The notes under the pieces were generated by a model, which saw nothing but the letters and a program-made list of their open reading frames with translations, ran no database searches and was not told the origin of the DNA. From NCBI GenBank assembly GCA_019239875.1, contig JAFAZI010000133.1, positions 130 through 64,129 on the forward strand: DNA of 64,000 nt, read 5' to 3'. This DNA is from Frankiaceae bacterium (GTDB taxonomy: Bacteria; Actinomycetota; Actinomycetes; JAFAQI01). Shown piece after piece: positions 10,518-20,433 of this stretch. Both the position numbers and the translations under genes were made by a program. Numbering within the stretch: the first letter of the stretch is position 1; every line of letters starts with the position of its first letter.

Positions 10518-11147
10518 ATGAGCTCGTCCCAGCCCGTGTCCTCGCACTATGCATCGGCCGCGCCGATTCATGAGCGTGGCCTTCACTCCCGTGCCGGCAA
10601 CGCGATGGCCCGGACCCGAGCCGCCGTGCTCGATGGCGCGGCTCGCGCGGTGGAGAAGCACGGTGCTCGCAAGGCGACGATGGCTGACATCGCCTCGCTG
10701 GCCGGCATCGCGAAAGGCACGCTGTACAACCACTTCCGGGCGAAGGAGGCGGTGTACGGCGCTGCCCTCGAGGCGGGGATCAAGAGCCTTGCGGCTGAGT
10801 GCGTCGCGGCGGCTCGCGACGACCTGGCCGATGCACTGTCGCTCGCGGCCGATCGCATCGGGACGCACCCGGCGATCCGCCGCATCGCGGCTGACGAGCC
10901 GATGGTCCTCGCGTCGCTGGTCACACCGACCGACATGCCACTGTGGGGACTCGCCCGGTCTGCGGTGCGAGACGTCTTGATTGCTGCGGGCGTGGCGACC
11001 AGCGCCGCCTCGATCGACCTCGTGGTGCGGTGGCTGACGACGTACCTCGTCGCACCGGCGGCTGAGGCCTCGGATCAGGCGGGTCTGCTGGCCGCCGCGC
11101 TGCTCCCCGACGGTGACGGGCCGGCCTGGCAGGACGGGCACCAGTAG
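10518..11147 (+). CDS. TetR-family transcriptional regulator
   Basis: TetR HTH (ATMADIASLAGIAKGTLYNHFRAKEAVY). Its 3' end overlaps the convergent nei gene by 73 bp. Confidence 0.75.
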   Translation: MSSSQPVSSHYASAAPIHERGLHSRAGNAMARTRAAVLDGAARAVEKHGARKATMADIASLAGIAKGTLYNHFRAKEAVYGAALEAGIKSLAAECVAAARDDLADALSLAADRIGTHPAIRRIAADEPMVLASLVTPTDMPLWGLARSAVRDVLIAAGVATSAASIDLVVRWLTTYLVAPAAEASDQAGLLAAALLPDGDGPAWQDGHQ

Positions 11148-11902
11148 CAGATCCGGTCGTAGAGATCTGGCCCTTGCATCGCCCGGCGGACGATGGTCCC
11201 GCATCTGCGGCATGGCCGCCCGTGCCGCTCGAACACCCAATGCAACTCGTCCCGGCGGAGATTGCCGGTCGTCGTCTGCACCCAGCGGGACTTGTTGGCG
11301 ACCAGCAGCTTGCGGGCGCGCCGCACCATCGCCGGGAGATCCGGCACCGCTGCGACGGTTGTCCATGGCGTGAGCCCGGACAGGAACAACACCTCGGTCT
11401 TGTAGAGGTTGCCGATGCCTGCCAGGTTGCGTTGGTCCAACAGGGCATCACCGATCTCCCGCTCGGGTGCCGCCAGCAGTCGGCGCAGCGCCTCGTCTGC
11501 ATCCCAGTCAGGGCCGAGGAGGTCGGGACCGAGATGGCCGACCACGGTGTCCTCCTGATCCGTGCGGATCAGCTCGACGAGCTGGAGGCGATAGCCGATG
11601 GCCTCGCGCTCCGCGTTGGCGAGAATCACCCGGATCTCATGGTCCTTGCCGCCGGAACGGCGCGCACCTGGCGTGAAGATGCGCCAGGTGCCGGCCATCT
11701 TGAAGTGCGTGTGCAACGTTGTGCCGCCCTCGATGCGGGTCAGCATGTGCTTGCCTCGCGGCACGACTTCGAGGACCTCGAGTCCGGTGAGATCGGCGGT
11801 CGCGTGCTGCGGCACTCGAAAGTCCGTGGTGGTCAGCACACGACCCGCGAGGGCATCGTGCATCCGGTTGGCGGACAGCCAGACCGTGTCGCCTTCGGGC
11901 AC
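11075..11902 (-). CDS. nei: endonuclease VIII / Fpg-family DNA glycosylase Nei
   Basis: N-terminal P-E-G-D catalytic motif, H2TH domain, and C-terminal zinc finger CxxC…CxxC. Sits 6 nt downstream of lhr, as in mycobacteria. Confidence 0.9.
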   Translation of the reverse strand: MPEGDTVWLSANRMHDALAGRVLTTTDFRVPQHATADLTGLEVLEVVPRGKHMLTRIEGGTTLHTHFKMAGTWRIFTPGARRSGGKDHEIRVILANAEREAIGYRLQLVELIRTDQEDTVVGHLGPDLLGPDWDADEALRRLLAAPEREIGDALLDQRNLAGIGNLYKTEVLFLSGLTPWTTVAAVPDLPAMVRRARKLLVANKSRWVQTTTGNLRRDELHWVFERHGRPCRRCGTIVRRAMQGPDLYDRICYWCPSCQAGPSPSGSSAAASRPA

Positions 11903-11908
11903 GTCGCC

Positions 11909-14900
11909 TCAGGCCCGCAACCGCAGACCGCGGGGCGTGGGATGGAAACCGGCCGCTTCGAGCGCCACTCCGAGTGGGGAGTTCACGACCGCCGCACCGT
12001 CCGCGCGTTCGACGGCGAGGCGCCCGAGCAGCCCTTCGCGGACGGCGAGAGCGAGTGCGTCGGCCGCGGGTTGGATGCTGTCCGGCTCCTCGCTCCAGGA
12101 CAGCAGCGACTTGCCGCCGCGCTCCACGTAGATGCAGAGGTCGCCGTCGACGAGCACGACGAGCGCCCCGGCCTTGCGCCCCGGCCGGTGGGTGCCTGGG
12201 TGCTCGGGCCAGGGGAGGGCCGCGCCGTAGGGGTTGGCCGGATCGGTGGCGGCGAGAACGATGCAGGTGCTGGTGCCGCGCTTGCCCTGCGGGTCTACCG
12301 CGCCGGGCCGGGCGCGCTCGCTCATCGCGCGCATCCGGTCGACCGCGCCGGGAAGGGCGAACTGGGCGCCACCAAGACCTTCGACGAAGTAGCCCCGCCG
12401 GCACCGTCCGGTCTCTTCGAAGGCTTTGAGGACGGGATAGACCGCGGCGTAGCCACCAGGTAGGTGCTCGGACATCACAGCGCCGCGCGTCACGATGCCG
12501 TGCCGTTCGAGCAGACCGGTCGCGGCGGCGTGGGCCCTGCGAGTGGCGTCGGTCTCACGGGCGGGCGTCGCACTCCATCGGCCGGACATGCCCGATGGGG
12601 TCGGTCGGGCCGTCGCGACTGGACGCCCGCGACGTCGCGCCGGGGACCGGCCGACCTGGCGCTTCGCGCCGCCGATCTCGCGCAGCGGTGCGACGGTGTC
12701 GTTGGTGAGATGGCCGGTCCACACCAGGTCCCAGATCACGTCAGCGAGCTGGCGCTCGTCGGTGGTTCCGACGCGGTCGGCGAGCGCGCGGAAGAAGAAC
12801 GCACCGCCCCCCGCGACGGCCTCGACGACCTCGGCGTGCAGCGGTGTCGCAAACTCCTCGTCAAGCGGTGGCAGCAGGAGCGGTGCGGTGTCGGCGAGAT
12901 GCAGGGACACCCAGCCGTCGCGGCCTGGCAGCGCACCCTGACCGACCCACAGCACGTCACCGGCCGAGGTCAGCTCGTCGAGCATCGACGAGGTGTAGTC
13001 GGCGACCCGGCTCGGCAGGATCAGCGTCTCGAGCATCGAGGCGGGCACCGCCGCACCGGCGAGCTGCTCGACGGCACGGATCACCGCGTCGATGCCGCGA
13101 CCGGCATGAACTCCGACGCCCTGCCAGGCCGGCAGAAAGCGTGCATAGGTGTCGTGCGTCGACGGTTCGACTTCCTTGCGAAGCTTGGCCAGCGAACGCC
13201 GGCGAAGGCTGCGGAGAACTTCGGCGTCGCACCACTCCTGCCCGCTGCCGCCGGGCCGGAACTCGCCGTGGACCAGCTGGCCGGAGGCGCCCATGCGGTG
13301 AAGCGTCTGGTCCGCCACAGCGATCCCCAGACCGAACCGGTTCGCCAGGTCGATCGCGACGAACGGTCCGCGGCGGCGAGCAAACCGCGATGCCAGATCA
13401 CCGAGCGGGTCGGACACCGACTCGAGGAACGTGGCGGGGACACCGACCGGCATCGGTGTGCCGAGCGCGTCTCGGAACCGGCTCGCGTCTTCGATGGCGA
13501 TCCAGCGGTCCTCGCCGGCAACGCGCACCTGGATCGCGCGACGGGTCGTCTCGAGCTCGCGCACGAGCCCAGGCGTCGCGCCGCGCGCGGCGAGCTCCGC
13601 ATCCGAGAGGTCGCCGAGGACGCGCAGGGCATCGGCGACGTGCTCGACCGTGGTGAGCCGGCGCTCGTCGGTCAGCCAGGCAAGCTCGGCCTCGACCTCG
13701 CCGATCGCCTCCGGGTCGAGCAGCTCGCGCAGTTCCGCCGTACCCAGGAGCTCGGCGAGCAGCCCGGAGTCGAGGGCGAGGGCAGCCGCGCGGCGTTCCG
13801 CGAGCGGCTGGTCGCCTTCGTACATGAACTGGCCGATGTAGCCGAAGACGAGGCTGCGGGCGTACGGCGAGGGCTGGCCCGTCTCGACCTCGATGATGCG
13901 CACCGAGCGATTCGCGACGTCGCGCATCAGCTCGACCAACCCAGGGACGTCGAAGACGTCCTGCAGGCACTCCCGCATCGTCTCGAGGATCACAGGGAAC
14001 GAGCCGTACTGGCCGGCCACGGACAGCAGCTGGGCGGAGCGCTGGCGCTGCTGCCACAGCGGTGCCCGGCGACCGGGATTGCGCTTGGGGAGCAGGAGTG
14101 CTCGCGCAGCGCATTCGCGGAATCGGGAGGCGAAAAGCGCGGAGCCGCCGAGCTCTGCGGTGACGATCGCCTCGATCTCGTCCGGATCGAACACCGTGAT
14201 GTCAGGTGCCGGAGCGTCGTCGGTGTCCGGCAGGCGCAGGACGACCCCGTCGTCACTGTGCATGACCTGCACGTCCATCCCCGAGCGCTCACGCAGTCGG
14301 GCCTGCAACGCCAGTGCCCACGGGGCGTGTACCTGCGCACCGAACGGCGAGTGGATGGCGATCCGCCAGTCACCGAGCTCGTCGCGGAAGCGCTCCACCA
14401 CGATCGTGCGGTCGTCGGGCACGTGCCCGGTCGCGGCGCGCTGCTCCTCGACGTACGCAAGGGTGTTGGTGACGGCCCACTCGTCGAGCCCGAGGCCCGT
14501 GAGTCGCTCGATCGCCGCCGGCCGGTCGAGGGCTTGGAGCTCGCGCACGAATGCGCCCAGTGCGCGGCCCAGCTCGATCGGCCGGCCCAGTGCGTCGCCG
14601 TGCCAGAACGGCAGGCGGCCCGCCATACCGGGCGCGGGGGAGACCAGCACCCGGTCGTGGGTGATGTCCTCGATCCGCCACGAGGTGCTGCCGAGAGTGA
14701 AGACGTCGCCGACCCGCGACTCGTAGACCATCTCCTCGTCGAGCTCGCCGACCCGGCTCTTCTGCTCGCCGACGAGGAAGACTCCGAACAGCCCGCGATC
14801 CGGGATCGTGCCGCCGCTCGTGACGGCCAGGCGCTGCGCGCCCGGCCGACCCGTGAGCGTCCCGGTGACCCGATCCCAGACGATGCGCGGCCGCAGCTCC

Positions 14901-16369
14901 GCGAACTCATCAGACGGGTAGCGGCCGGCCAGCATGTCGAGCGTTGCGTGGAACGCGCTGTCAGGCAGCGCGGCGAACGGCGCTGAGCTGCGGACGAGAG
15001 CGGCGAGGTCGTCGACGTTCCACTCGTCCATGGCGAGCATCGCGACGATCTGCTGGGCGAGGACGTCGAGCGGGTTGCGGGGCGGGCGGATCGCCTCGAT
15101 CGCGCCTTCGGACATTCGCTGCGAGACCACGCTGGCGGGGATCAGGTCGCCGCGGTGCTTGGGAAACATCACGCCGCGGCTGATCGCGCCGACCTGGTGG
15201 CCGGCTCGGCCGATCCGCTGCAGCCCGGAGGCCACCGACGGCGGAGAGGCGACCTGGATCACGAGGTCGACGGCACCCATGTCGATGCCGAGCTCGAGGC
15301 TGCTCGTGGCGACGACCGCCGGCAGCTCGCCGCGTTTGAGCGCGTCCTCGGTGATCGCCCGTTGTTCGCGACTGACGCTGCCATGGTGTGCCCGCGCGAT
15401 CTCGGGTGGGGCGCCGCGAGCGATGCCGGCCTGAGCGATGGCGGCGGCCGGTGCTCCACCGGCCGGGAGGACCTCACCGGTCTCCCGCTCGTACGCGATC
15501 TCGTTGAGCCGGGCGGTGAGCCGCTCGGCGGTGCGGCGGGCGTTCGCGAAGACGATCGTGCTGTGGTGCTCGGCGATCAGGTCCGCGATCCGCAGCTCGA
15601 CCGACGGCCAGATGCTGTTGTCGGTCTCGCCCAGCTCGGTCATGTCCTCGACCGGTACGACGACAGACACCTCGATCGTCTTTGCCGCGGGCGGCCGGAC
15701 CACCGTCACTGGCTGCGAGCCGCCCAGGAACCGCGCAACCTCCTCGATCGGACGGACGGTGGCGGACAGGCCGATCCGTTGCGCCGGGCGATCCAGCAGG
15801 GCGTCGAGCCGCTCCAGGGTGAGGGCGAGGTGCGCGCCGCGCTTCGTGCCGGCGACCGCGTGGACCTCGTCGATGATGACCGTCTCGACGCCGCGCAGCG
15901 ATTCTCGGGCCTGGCTGGTGAGGAGCAGGAACAGTGACTCGGGCGTGGTGATCAGCACGTCGGCCGGTGCCCGCTGGAACGCGCGCCGCTGCTCCGTCGT
16001 CGTGTCGCCCGTGCGCATCGCGACGGTGACGTCGTTGACCGGTTGACCGATGCGGGTTGCGGCGTGGGCGATGCCTGCCAGCGGCGCTCTAAGGTTGCGA
16101 TCGACGTCGACCGCGAGCGCCTTGAGCGGACTCACGTACACGACTCGGCAGCGCTGCTTCGGTTCGGCGGGAGGGGGCGTGGTCACCAGCTGATCGATCG
16201 CGTGGAGGAAGGCGGCGAGCGTCTTGCCGGAGCCGGTTGGGGCGATGACGAGTGCGTTGTGGCGGTCGGTGATCGCCTGCCACGCGCCGGTCTGAGCCGC
16301 CGTGGGCTCCGCAAAGGACGCCGTGAACCACTCCCGGGTGGCGGGGGAGAAGCGGTCCAGGGCACTCAT
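11909..16369 (-). CDS. lhr: ATP-dependent helicase Lhr (large helicase-related)
   Basis: DEAD-box helicase core (APTGSGKT, DEVH) followed by the long Lhr C-terminal region, about 1486 aa. Start is placed at MSALDRF… (ATG 16369); the track ORF is over-extended to 16513. Confidence 0.9.
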   Translation of the reverse strand: MSALDRFSPATREWFTASFAEPTAAQTGAWQAITDRHNALVIAPTGSGKTLAAFLHAIDQLVTTPPPAEPKQRCRVVYVSPLKALAVDVDRNLRAPLAGIAHAATRIGQPVNDVTVAMRTGDTTTEQRRAFQRAPADVLITTPESLFLLLTSQARESLRGVETVIIDEVHAVAGTKRGAHLALTLERLDALLDRPAQRIGLSATVRPIEEVARFLGGSQPVTVVRPPAAKTIEVSVVVPVEDMTELGETDNSIWPSVELRIADLIAEHHSTIVFANARRTAERLTARLNEIAYERETGEVLPAGGAPAAAIAQAGIARGAPPEIARAHHGSVSREQRAITEDALKRGELPAVVATSSLELGIDMGAVDLVIQVASPPSVASGLQRIGRAGHQVGAISRGVMFPKHRGDLIPASVVSQRMSEGAIEAIRPPRNPLDVLAQQIVAMLAMDEWNVDDLAALVRSSAPFAALPDSAFHATLDMLAGRYPSDEFAELRPRIVWDRVTGTLTGRPGAQRLAVTSGGTIPDRGLFGVFLVGEQKSRVGELDEEMVYESRVGDVFTLGSTSWRIEDITHDRVLVSPAPGMAGRLPFWHGDALGRPIELGRALGAFVRELQALDRPAAIERLTGLGLDEWAVTNTLAYVEEQRAATGHVPDDRTIVVERFRDELGDWRIAIHSPFGAQVHAPWALALQARLRERSGMDVQVMHSDDGVVLRLPDTDDAPAPDITVFDPDEIEAIVTAELGGSALFASRFRECAARALLLPKRNPGRRAPLWQQRQRSAQLLSVAGQYGSFPVILETMRECLQDVFDVPGLVELMRDVANRSVRIIEVETGQPSPYARSLVFGYIGQFMYEGDQPLAERRAAALALDSGLLAELLGTAELRELLDPEAIGEVEAELAWLTDERRLTTVEHVADALRVLGDLSDAELAARGATPGLVRELETTRRAIQVRVAGEDRWIAIEDASRFRDALGTPMPVGVPATFLESVSDPLGDLASRFARRRGPFVAIDLANRFGLGIAVADQTLHRMGASGQLVHGEFRPGGSGQEWCDAEVLRSLRRRSLAKLRKEVEPSTHDTYARFLPAWQGVGVHAGRGIDAVIRAVEQLAGAAVPASMLETLILPSRVADYTSSMLDELTSAGDVLWVGQGALPGRDGWVSLHLADTAPLLLPPLDEEFATPLHAEVVEAVAGGGAFFFRALADRVGTTDERQLADVIWDLVWTGHLTNDTVAPLREIGGAKRQVGRSPARRRGRPVATARPTPSGMSGRWSATPARETDATRRAHAAATGLLERHGIVTRGAVMSEHLPGGYAAVYPVLKAFEETGRCRRGYFVEGLGGAQFALPGAVDRMRAMSERARPGAVDPQGKRGTSTCIVLAATDPANPYGAALPWPEHPGTHRPGRKAGALVVLVDGDLCIYVERGGKSLLSWSEEPDSIQPAADALALAVREGLLGRLAVERADGAAVVNSPLGVALEAAGFHPTPRGLRLRA

Positions 16370-16534
16370 CGCTCCATTGTCGTCCCCGGGTCTGACACCT
16401 TCTACGCGGTTCAACCGCCGGGGGTCGGGAACAGGGTGAGGATCGTCACGTCGGACCTGACCAGGAAATGTTGACCCGGCGTCAAAGAGAAGCGGCAGCG
16501 CATCACCCCACACGTTGGTTCAGGAGACAGGTTC

Positions 16535-19192
16535 ATGCCCCCCAAGCACGTCCGGCCGGTTCTCATCGGCATCACCACCTTCGCGCTCGGCTGCGGCGGA
16601 ACCGTCGCTGCCACGGCGGGGCACGCCGCTGCTTCACAGCGAATGGGCGCCGGACCGGTCACCGCCACGATGACGCTTGCCGGCGACGTGGTCCCCGGCC
16701 TGCTGACGCACCGCGACCTCGGCCGCACCTCGCCGACTCGGCAGCTGATCGTCGACCTCAACCTCACGCGACCCGACGTCGCGGGCGAGAAGGCGCTGTG
16801 GAACGCGATGTACACGAAGGGCGATCCGTCGTACCACCACTTCCTCACGCCCGCGCAGTTCGACGCCCGGTTCGGCGTCGCCCCGCAGACCTACGCCGCC
16901 GTGCGCACCTGGGCGACCCGCGCCGGCCTCGACGTGGTGAACGCGCCGGGCAGCCGCGACATCCTCCAGCTGTCGGGGACCGCTGCACAGGTTGAGAAGA
17001 CCTTCTCCGTCACGTTGCGCGACTTCCGGATCGGCGGCCGGCGGGTGTTCGCCAACACCAACGCGCCTACCGTGCCGGCGGGTCATTCCGTGCAGGGGCT
17101 GGTCGGGCTGACCAACCTGTATCGGTCGACCACGGCGCGCACGCGCGGCCCGAAGCCTGCGCAGGACGGGTGCGGCGCGCCGGCCGGTTGCACGAACCTC
17201 ACCACGCCGCGTGACCTGTGGTCGGCGTACAAGATGCCAGGCGGCGCCAAGGCGAACCCGATCGGCAATCTGAAGACGGACTTCGGCCAGGGTCAGCAGA
17301 TGGCGGTCTTCGGCGAGGGGCAGAGCTCTGGCGTGATCGCGAACCTGCGGACCTTCGAGCAGCTCAACAAGCTGCCGCGGGTGCCGGTCACGGTGGTGCG
17401 GACCGACGGAAAGAAGAAGAAGTACGACGACAACGCCGGCGAGACGGAGTGGGATCTCGACACCCAGTCCTCGACGGCGATGTCGCCGGATGTTCGCCGT
17501 GAGGTCCTGTACTTCGGGACCGCTCTTACGGACGCGAGCGTGCTCGGCGTGTTCAGCGCGTGGGCCAACGACCCGCACGGCCCGCTGCAGGCGAACGCGT
17601 CGTACGGCGAGTGCGAGGAGAACCCGGCCGGAGACACGGAGGGCACGGTTACCCCGCCGTTCTCGGCCGGCGCGATGTTCACGGTCAAGTCCGAGGACGT
17701 GTTGCGCAAGGCCACGATGGAGGGCCGCACGCTGTTCTCGTCGACCGGTGACACCGGCGGCACGTGCCCGCTGCTCCCCGTCAGCGTGAACGGCGTCGGC
17801 TACGAGATCCCGGGCGTGGAGTACCCCGCGGTGAGCCCGTACGTCGTCGGGGTCGGCGGCACCATCCTGTACACCGACGGCAGCGCGGCGGCGAAGCGGG
17901 TCACCGAGTACGGCTGGACCTACGGCGGCGGTGGCAGCAGCGTCGACTTCCCGAAGCCGGCGTACCAGAACGGGATCTCGGCGATCAGCGGCGTCTGTGC
18001 CTTCGCGCCCGGTGGCGGGACCGGCAACTCCGGGAAGCCGTGTCGAGGTCTGCCCGACATCGCCGCGCAGTCCGGTGACGTGGCGAGCAACGGGTTTGCC
18101 ATCGTCGCGGGTGGTGAGACGGCGTACCCGGGTGGTGGCACGAGCCTGTCCTCACCGCTGTCGATGGGCATGTGGACCAGGATCCAGGCGGCGGCGCCCG
18201 GCACCAAGAAGTGCGGAAAGCGAGCGTCGTTCAAGGGTCTCGGGTTCGCGAACCCGGCGCTGTACGCGGCGTACAAGAGCAAGCACGGTGGCCGCGACTT
18301 CTTCGACGTCGGCGGACCGAAGCACTCCATCCCGTCCGACGCCGTTCCGTACCCGTCGACGCCTGGCTGGGACTACCAGTCCGGCATGGGTGTGATGCAG
18401 GTGTCGCGGCTGGCGCGGGATCTCACTGGACGCAAGTCGTTGCGGCCTGCGTTCGACGTCCTGCCCAAGCAGCCGAAGGATCGGACATCGGCGAAGCGCG
18501 CGAACCCTTGTGCCCCGCTGTTCACGGACCCGGCGGGCGATGATGCGTACATCGGTGACCCGGATGGCACGGGCGGCAACCCGCAGCTCGACGTGCTTGC
18601 GGGCAACATCACCTACCTGCCGGCGAAGAAGGCGCTGCGAACGGTGATGGTGATCAAGAACCTGTCCACCGACGCCGCGAACGCGGAGGGCGGCGGCAAC
18701 GAGTACTACTTCCTCTGGAACTACAAGGGCAAGCAGTACTTCACCGACGCCGAGGTCGACTCGGTCGGTGCAGTGACCTATCACGACGGGTACGTCGACG
18801 GGACCACCTTCACCACGGCGAACGACGACACCGGTCAGTTCGTGGCGGGCAAGAACGGCCGCGTCGTCGTCGACGTGCCGCTCGCGAACATCGGCTCGCC
18901 CGCGAAGGGTGCGACGCTGACCGCGCCGGCCGCGCAGACCCGGGTGCTCGTCGGCACCGCCGGCACGGGCGGGCTGATCGAGCAGGCGGACGGATCGTCA
19001 CCGGGATCCGGGTACGTCGTCGGCCAGCGCTGCAAGCACAAGACGGGGATCGCGCCACCGCCGTACAAGGCATCGGGTGCCTCCAAGAGCGCAAAAATCC
19101 GCTACCACCGAGCCGGCAAGCCCGGTCGCATCGCCAAGCACGGTCACAACGTCGTGAAGCGCAAGCGATGCAAGGCAAAGCTCAGCGCCTGA
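16535..19192 (+). CDS. secreted S53 (sedolisin / pro-kumamolisin-like) peptidase with C-terminal extension
   Basis: Signal peptide, pro-kumamolisin activation domain, and S53 catalytic region with the SGTS-type motif (GGTSLSSP). A roughly 260-aa Lys-rich C-terminal extension follows. Confidence 0.8.
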   Translation: MPPKHVRPVLIGITTFALGCGGTVAATAGHAAASQRMGAGPVTATMTLAGDVVPGLLTHRDLGRTSPTRQLIVDLNLTRPDVAGEKALWNAMYTKGDPSYHHFLTPAQFDARFGVAPQTYAAVRTWATRAGLDVVNAPGSRDILQLSGTAAQVEKTFSVTLRDFRIGGRRVFANTNAPTVPAGHSVQGLVGLTNLYRSTTARTRGPKPAQDGCGAPAGCTNLTTPRDLWSAYKMPGGAKANPIGNLKTDFGQGQQMAVFGEGQSSGVIANLRTFEQLNKLPRVPVTVVRTDGKKKKYDDNAGETEWDLDTQSSTAMSPDVRREVLYFGTALTDASVLGVFSAWANDPHGPLQANASYGECEENPAGDTEGTVTPPFSAGAMFTVKSEDVLRKATMEGRTLFSSTGDTGGTCPLLPVSVNGVGYEIPGVEYPAVSPYVVGVGGTILYTDGSAAAKRVTEYGWTYGGGGSSVDFPKPAYQNGISAISGVCAFAPGGGTGNSGKPCRGLPDIAAQSGDVASNGFAIVAGGETAYPGGGTSLSSPLSMGMWTRIQAAAPGTKKCGKRASFKGLGFANPALYAAYKSKHGGRDFFDVGGPKHSIPSDAVPYPSTPGWDYQSGMGVMQVSRLARDLTGRKSLRPAFDVLPKQPKDRTSAKRANPCAPLFTDPAGDDAYIGDPDGTGGNPQLDVLAGNITYLPAKKALRTVMVIKNLSTDAANAEGGGNEYYFLWNYKGKQYFTDAEVDSVGAVTYHDGYVDGTTFTTANDDTGQFVAGKNGRVVVDVPLANIGSPAKGATLTAPAAQTRVLVGTAGTGGLIEQADGSSPGSGYVVGQRCKHKTGIAPPPYKASGASKSAKIRYHRAGKPGRIAKHGHNVVKRKRCKAKLSA

Positions 19193-19224
19193 TCGCGGTC
19201 GTGGCCTCGACGTAGCGTGGTCCG

Positions 19225-19422
19225 GTGCGGCTGACCGACTTCTGGGGGCGGATGGAGGAGCACTTCGGTGCTGCCTACGCGCACTCCGTCGCGCGTGACC
19301 AGGTGATCGGGCGGCTCGGCGAACGGTCGGTGGTCGACGCGCTCACCGCGGGCGAGGACCCGAAACAGGTCTGGCTCGCCGTCTGCGAGCACTTCGAGAT
19401 CCCGGTCGCCCAGCGCCACTAG
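19225..19422 (+). CDS. DUF3046 family protein (conserved recA-upstream gene of actinomycetes)
   Basis: 65-aa protein MRLTDFWGRMEEHFGAAYAHS…; equivalent of the Rv2738c-type gene that normally sits directly upstream of recA. Confidence 0.8.
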   Translation: MRLTDFWGRMEEHFGAAYAHSVARDQVIGRLGERSVVDALTAGEDPKQVWLAVCEHFEIPVAQRH

Positions 19423-19479
19423 GTTCGGGTGCCGTTTCACTCGCTCACGCCGCCGTGTGCTTGGCTCCGCGGCACCGGT

Positions 19480-19514
19480 GGGGGATGAAAGACCAAAGAG
19501 CGTCTTCATCTCCC
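19480..19514 (+). terminator. imperfect GC-rich hairpin downstream of the DUF3046 gene
   Basis: GGGGGATGAAAGAC / GTCTTCATCTCCCC arms with an 8-nt loop. No U-tract follows. Confidence 0.25.
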
Positions 19515-19602
19515 CATCGATTCGCGCCTTGGTTCATCCGTACATAGCCGGCGTTCTTCATCACTCACCCGAGTGACCTAGCCCCGCGTAATCCGACACA
19601 GA

Positions 19603-19878
19603 GTGCGACACGATGGGACCGTGGTCGACGAGGCAGATTGGCAGCAGGCAGCCTTCGAACTGAGTGGGTTTGCCGATGAGGGTGCCCTAGCCGCGCGCCT
19701 TGCTGACCAGAGCGAACTGCTTACCGCCTTCCGTGGGGGCGACGAGGCCGCGGGCGCACTGGCAGCCGACGCCCTGGATCAACTGGAGGGCATCCTCGGT
19801 GATCTTGAAAGGGATCTTCCGCGCCTACGAGCAGCCGTCGCATACCTGCTTGCCCATCTACCGCCCACGCGCGACTAG
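19603..19878 (+). CDS. hypothetical small acidic protein
   Basis: ORF only. It lies in the lower-GC island and has no recognisable domain. Confidence 0.3.
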   Translation: MRHDGTVVDEADWQQAAFELSGFADEGALAARLADQSELLTAFRGGDEAAGALAADALDQLEGILGDLERDLPRLRAAVAYLLAHLPPTRD

Positions 19879-20433
19879 CGCAGAGGTGCCGCTCGCGCGC
19901 GTGGGCTTTGTTACGGCGTGTGCTTGAACTAGTGATCTCAGGCCCGGACTATGGACCGGTGCGGCCGGTTCGATTGCCTTTGTTGATAGTGCTGGCCGTC
20001 ATCTGCGTCGTGATCACCGAGGCATGCGCCCCAAGCAACAACGAAAGCGACTGTCATATCCCGCAGCCCGCAGTCGGCGACTCGGGGAGCGCGACACTTC
20101 AGGCTCACCCGGCTCGCCACGTTTTGACTGCCAGATTTGGGGGACGCCACTGGCTCGCGCGCTCGCAGTTGAACGAGGTCCAGCCACTGGCCCACGCGAC
20201 AGTGATCCCGTCTCGGCCTCGCGGTCGGCGGCCTAAGACCAGTCGGCGCGGCATGCCTCCCCGACTTCGCATTGAGACCAGTCCGCCCATCGTCCTCAAT
20301 CTCGTGGAGATCGGGTGCGGATGATCGAGAAGTGCCTGATCTTGAGCGTGACATCCGGCGTTGTGAACTTTCCTAATCATGGCCTTTGCGGTACATCCGG
20401 GAGGTAGCCTTCGCGAAGGTGCGGGAGGCGCGG

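Noticed and set aside
19960-19985. tRNA-like T-loop fragment GGTTCGATTGCC (possible integration-site remnant)
   Set aside because: Flanking sequence does not form a T-stem or acceptor stem, and no full tRNA is present anywhere in the window. Most likely a chance match.
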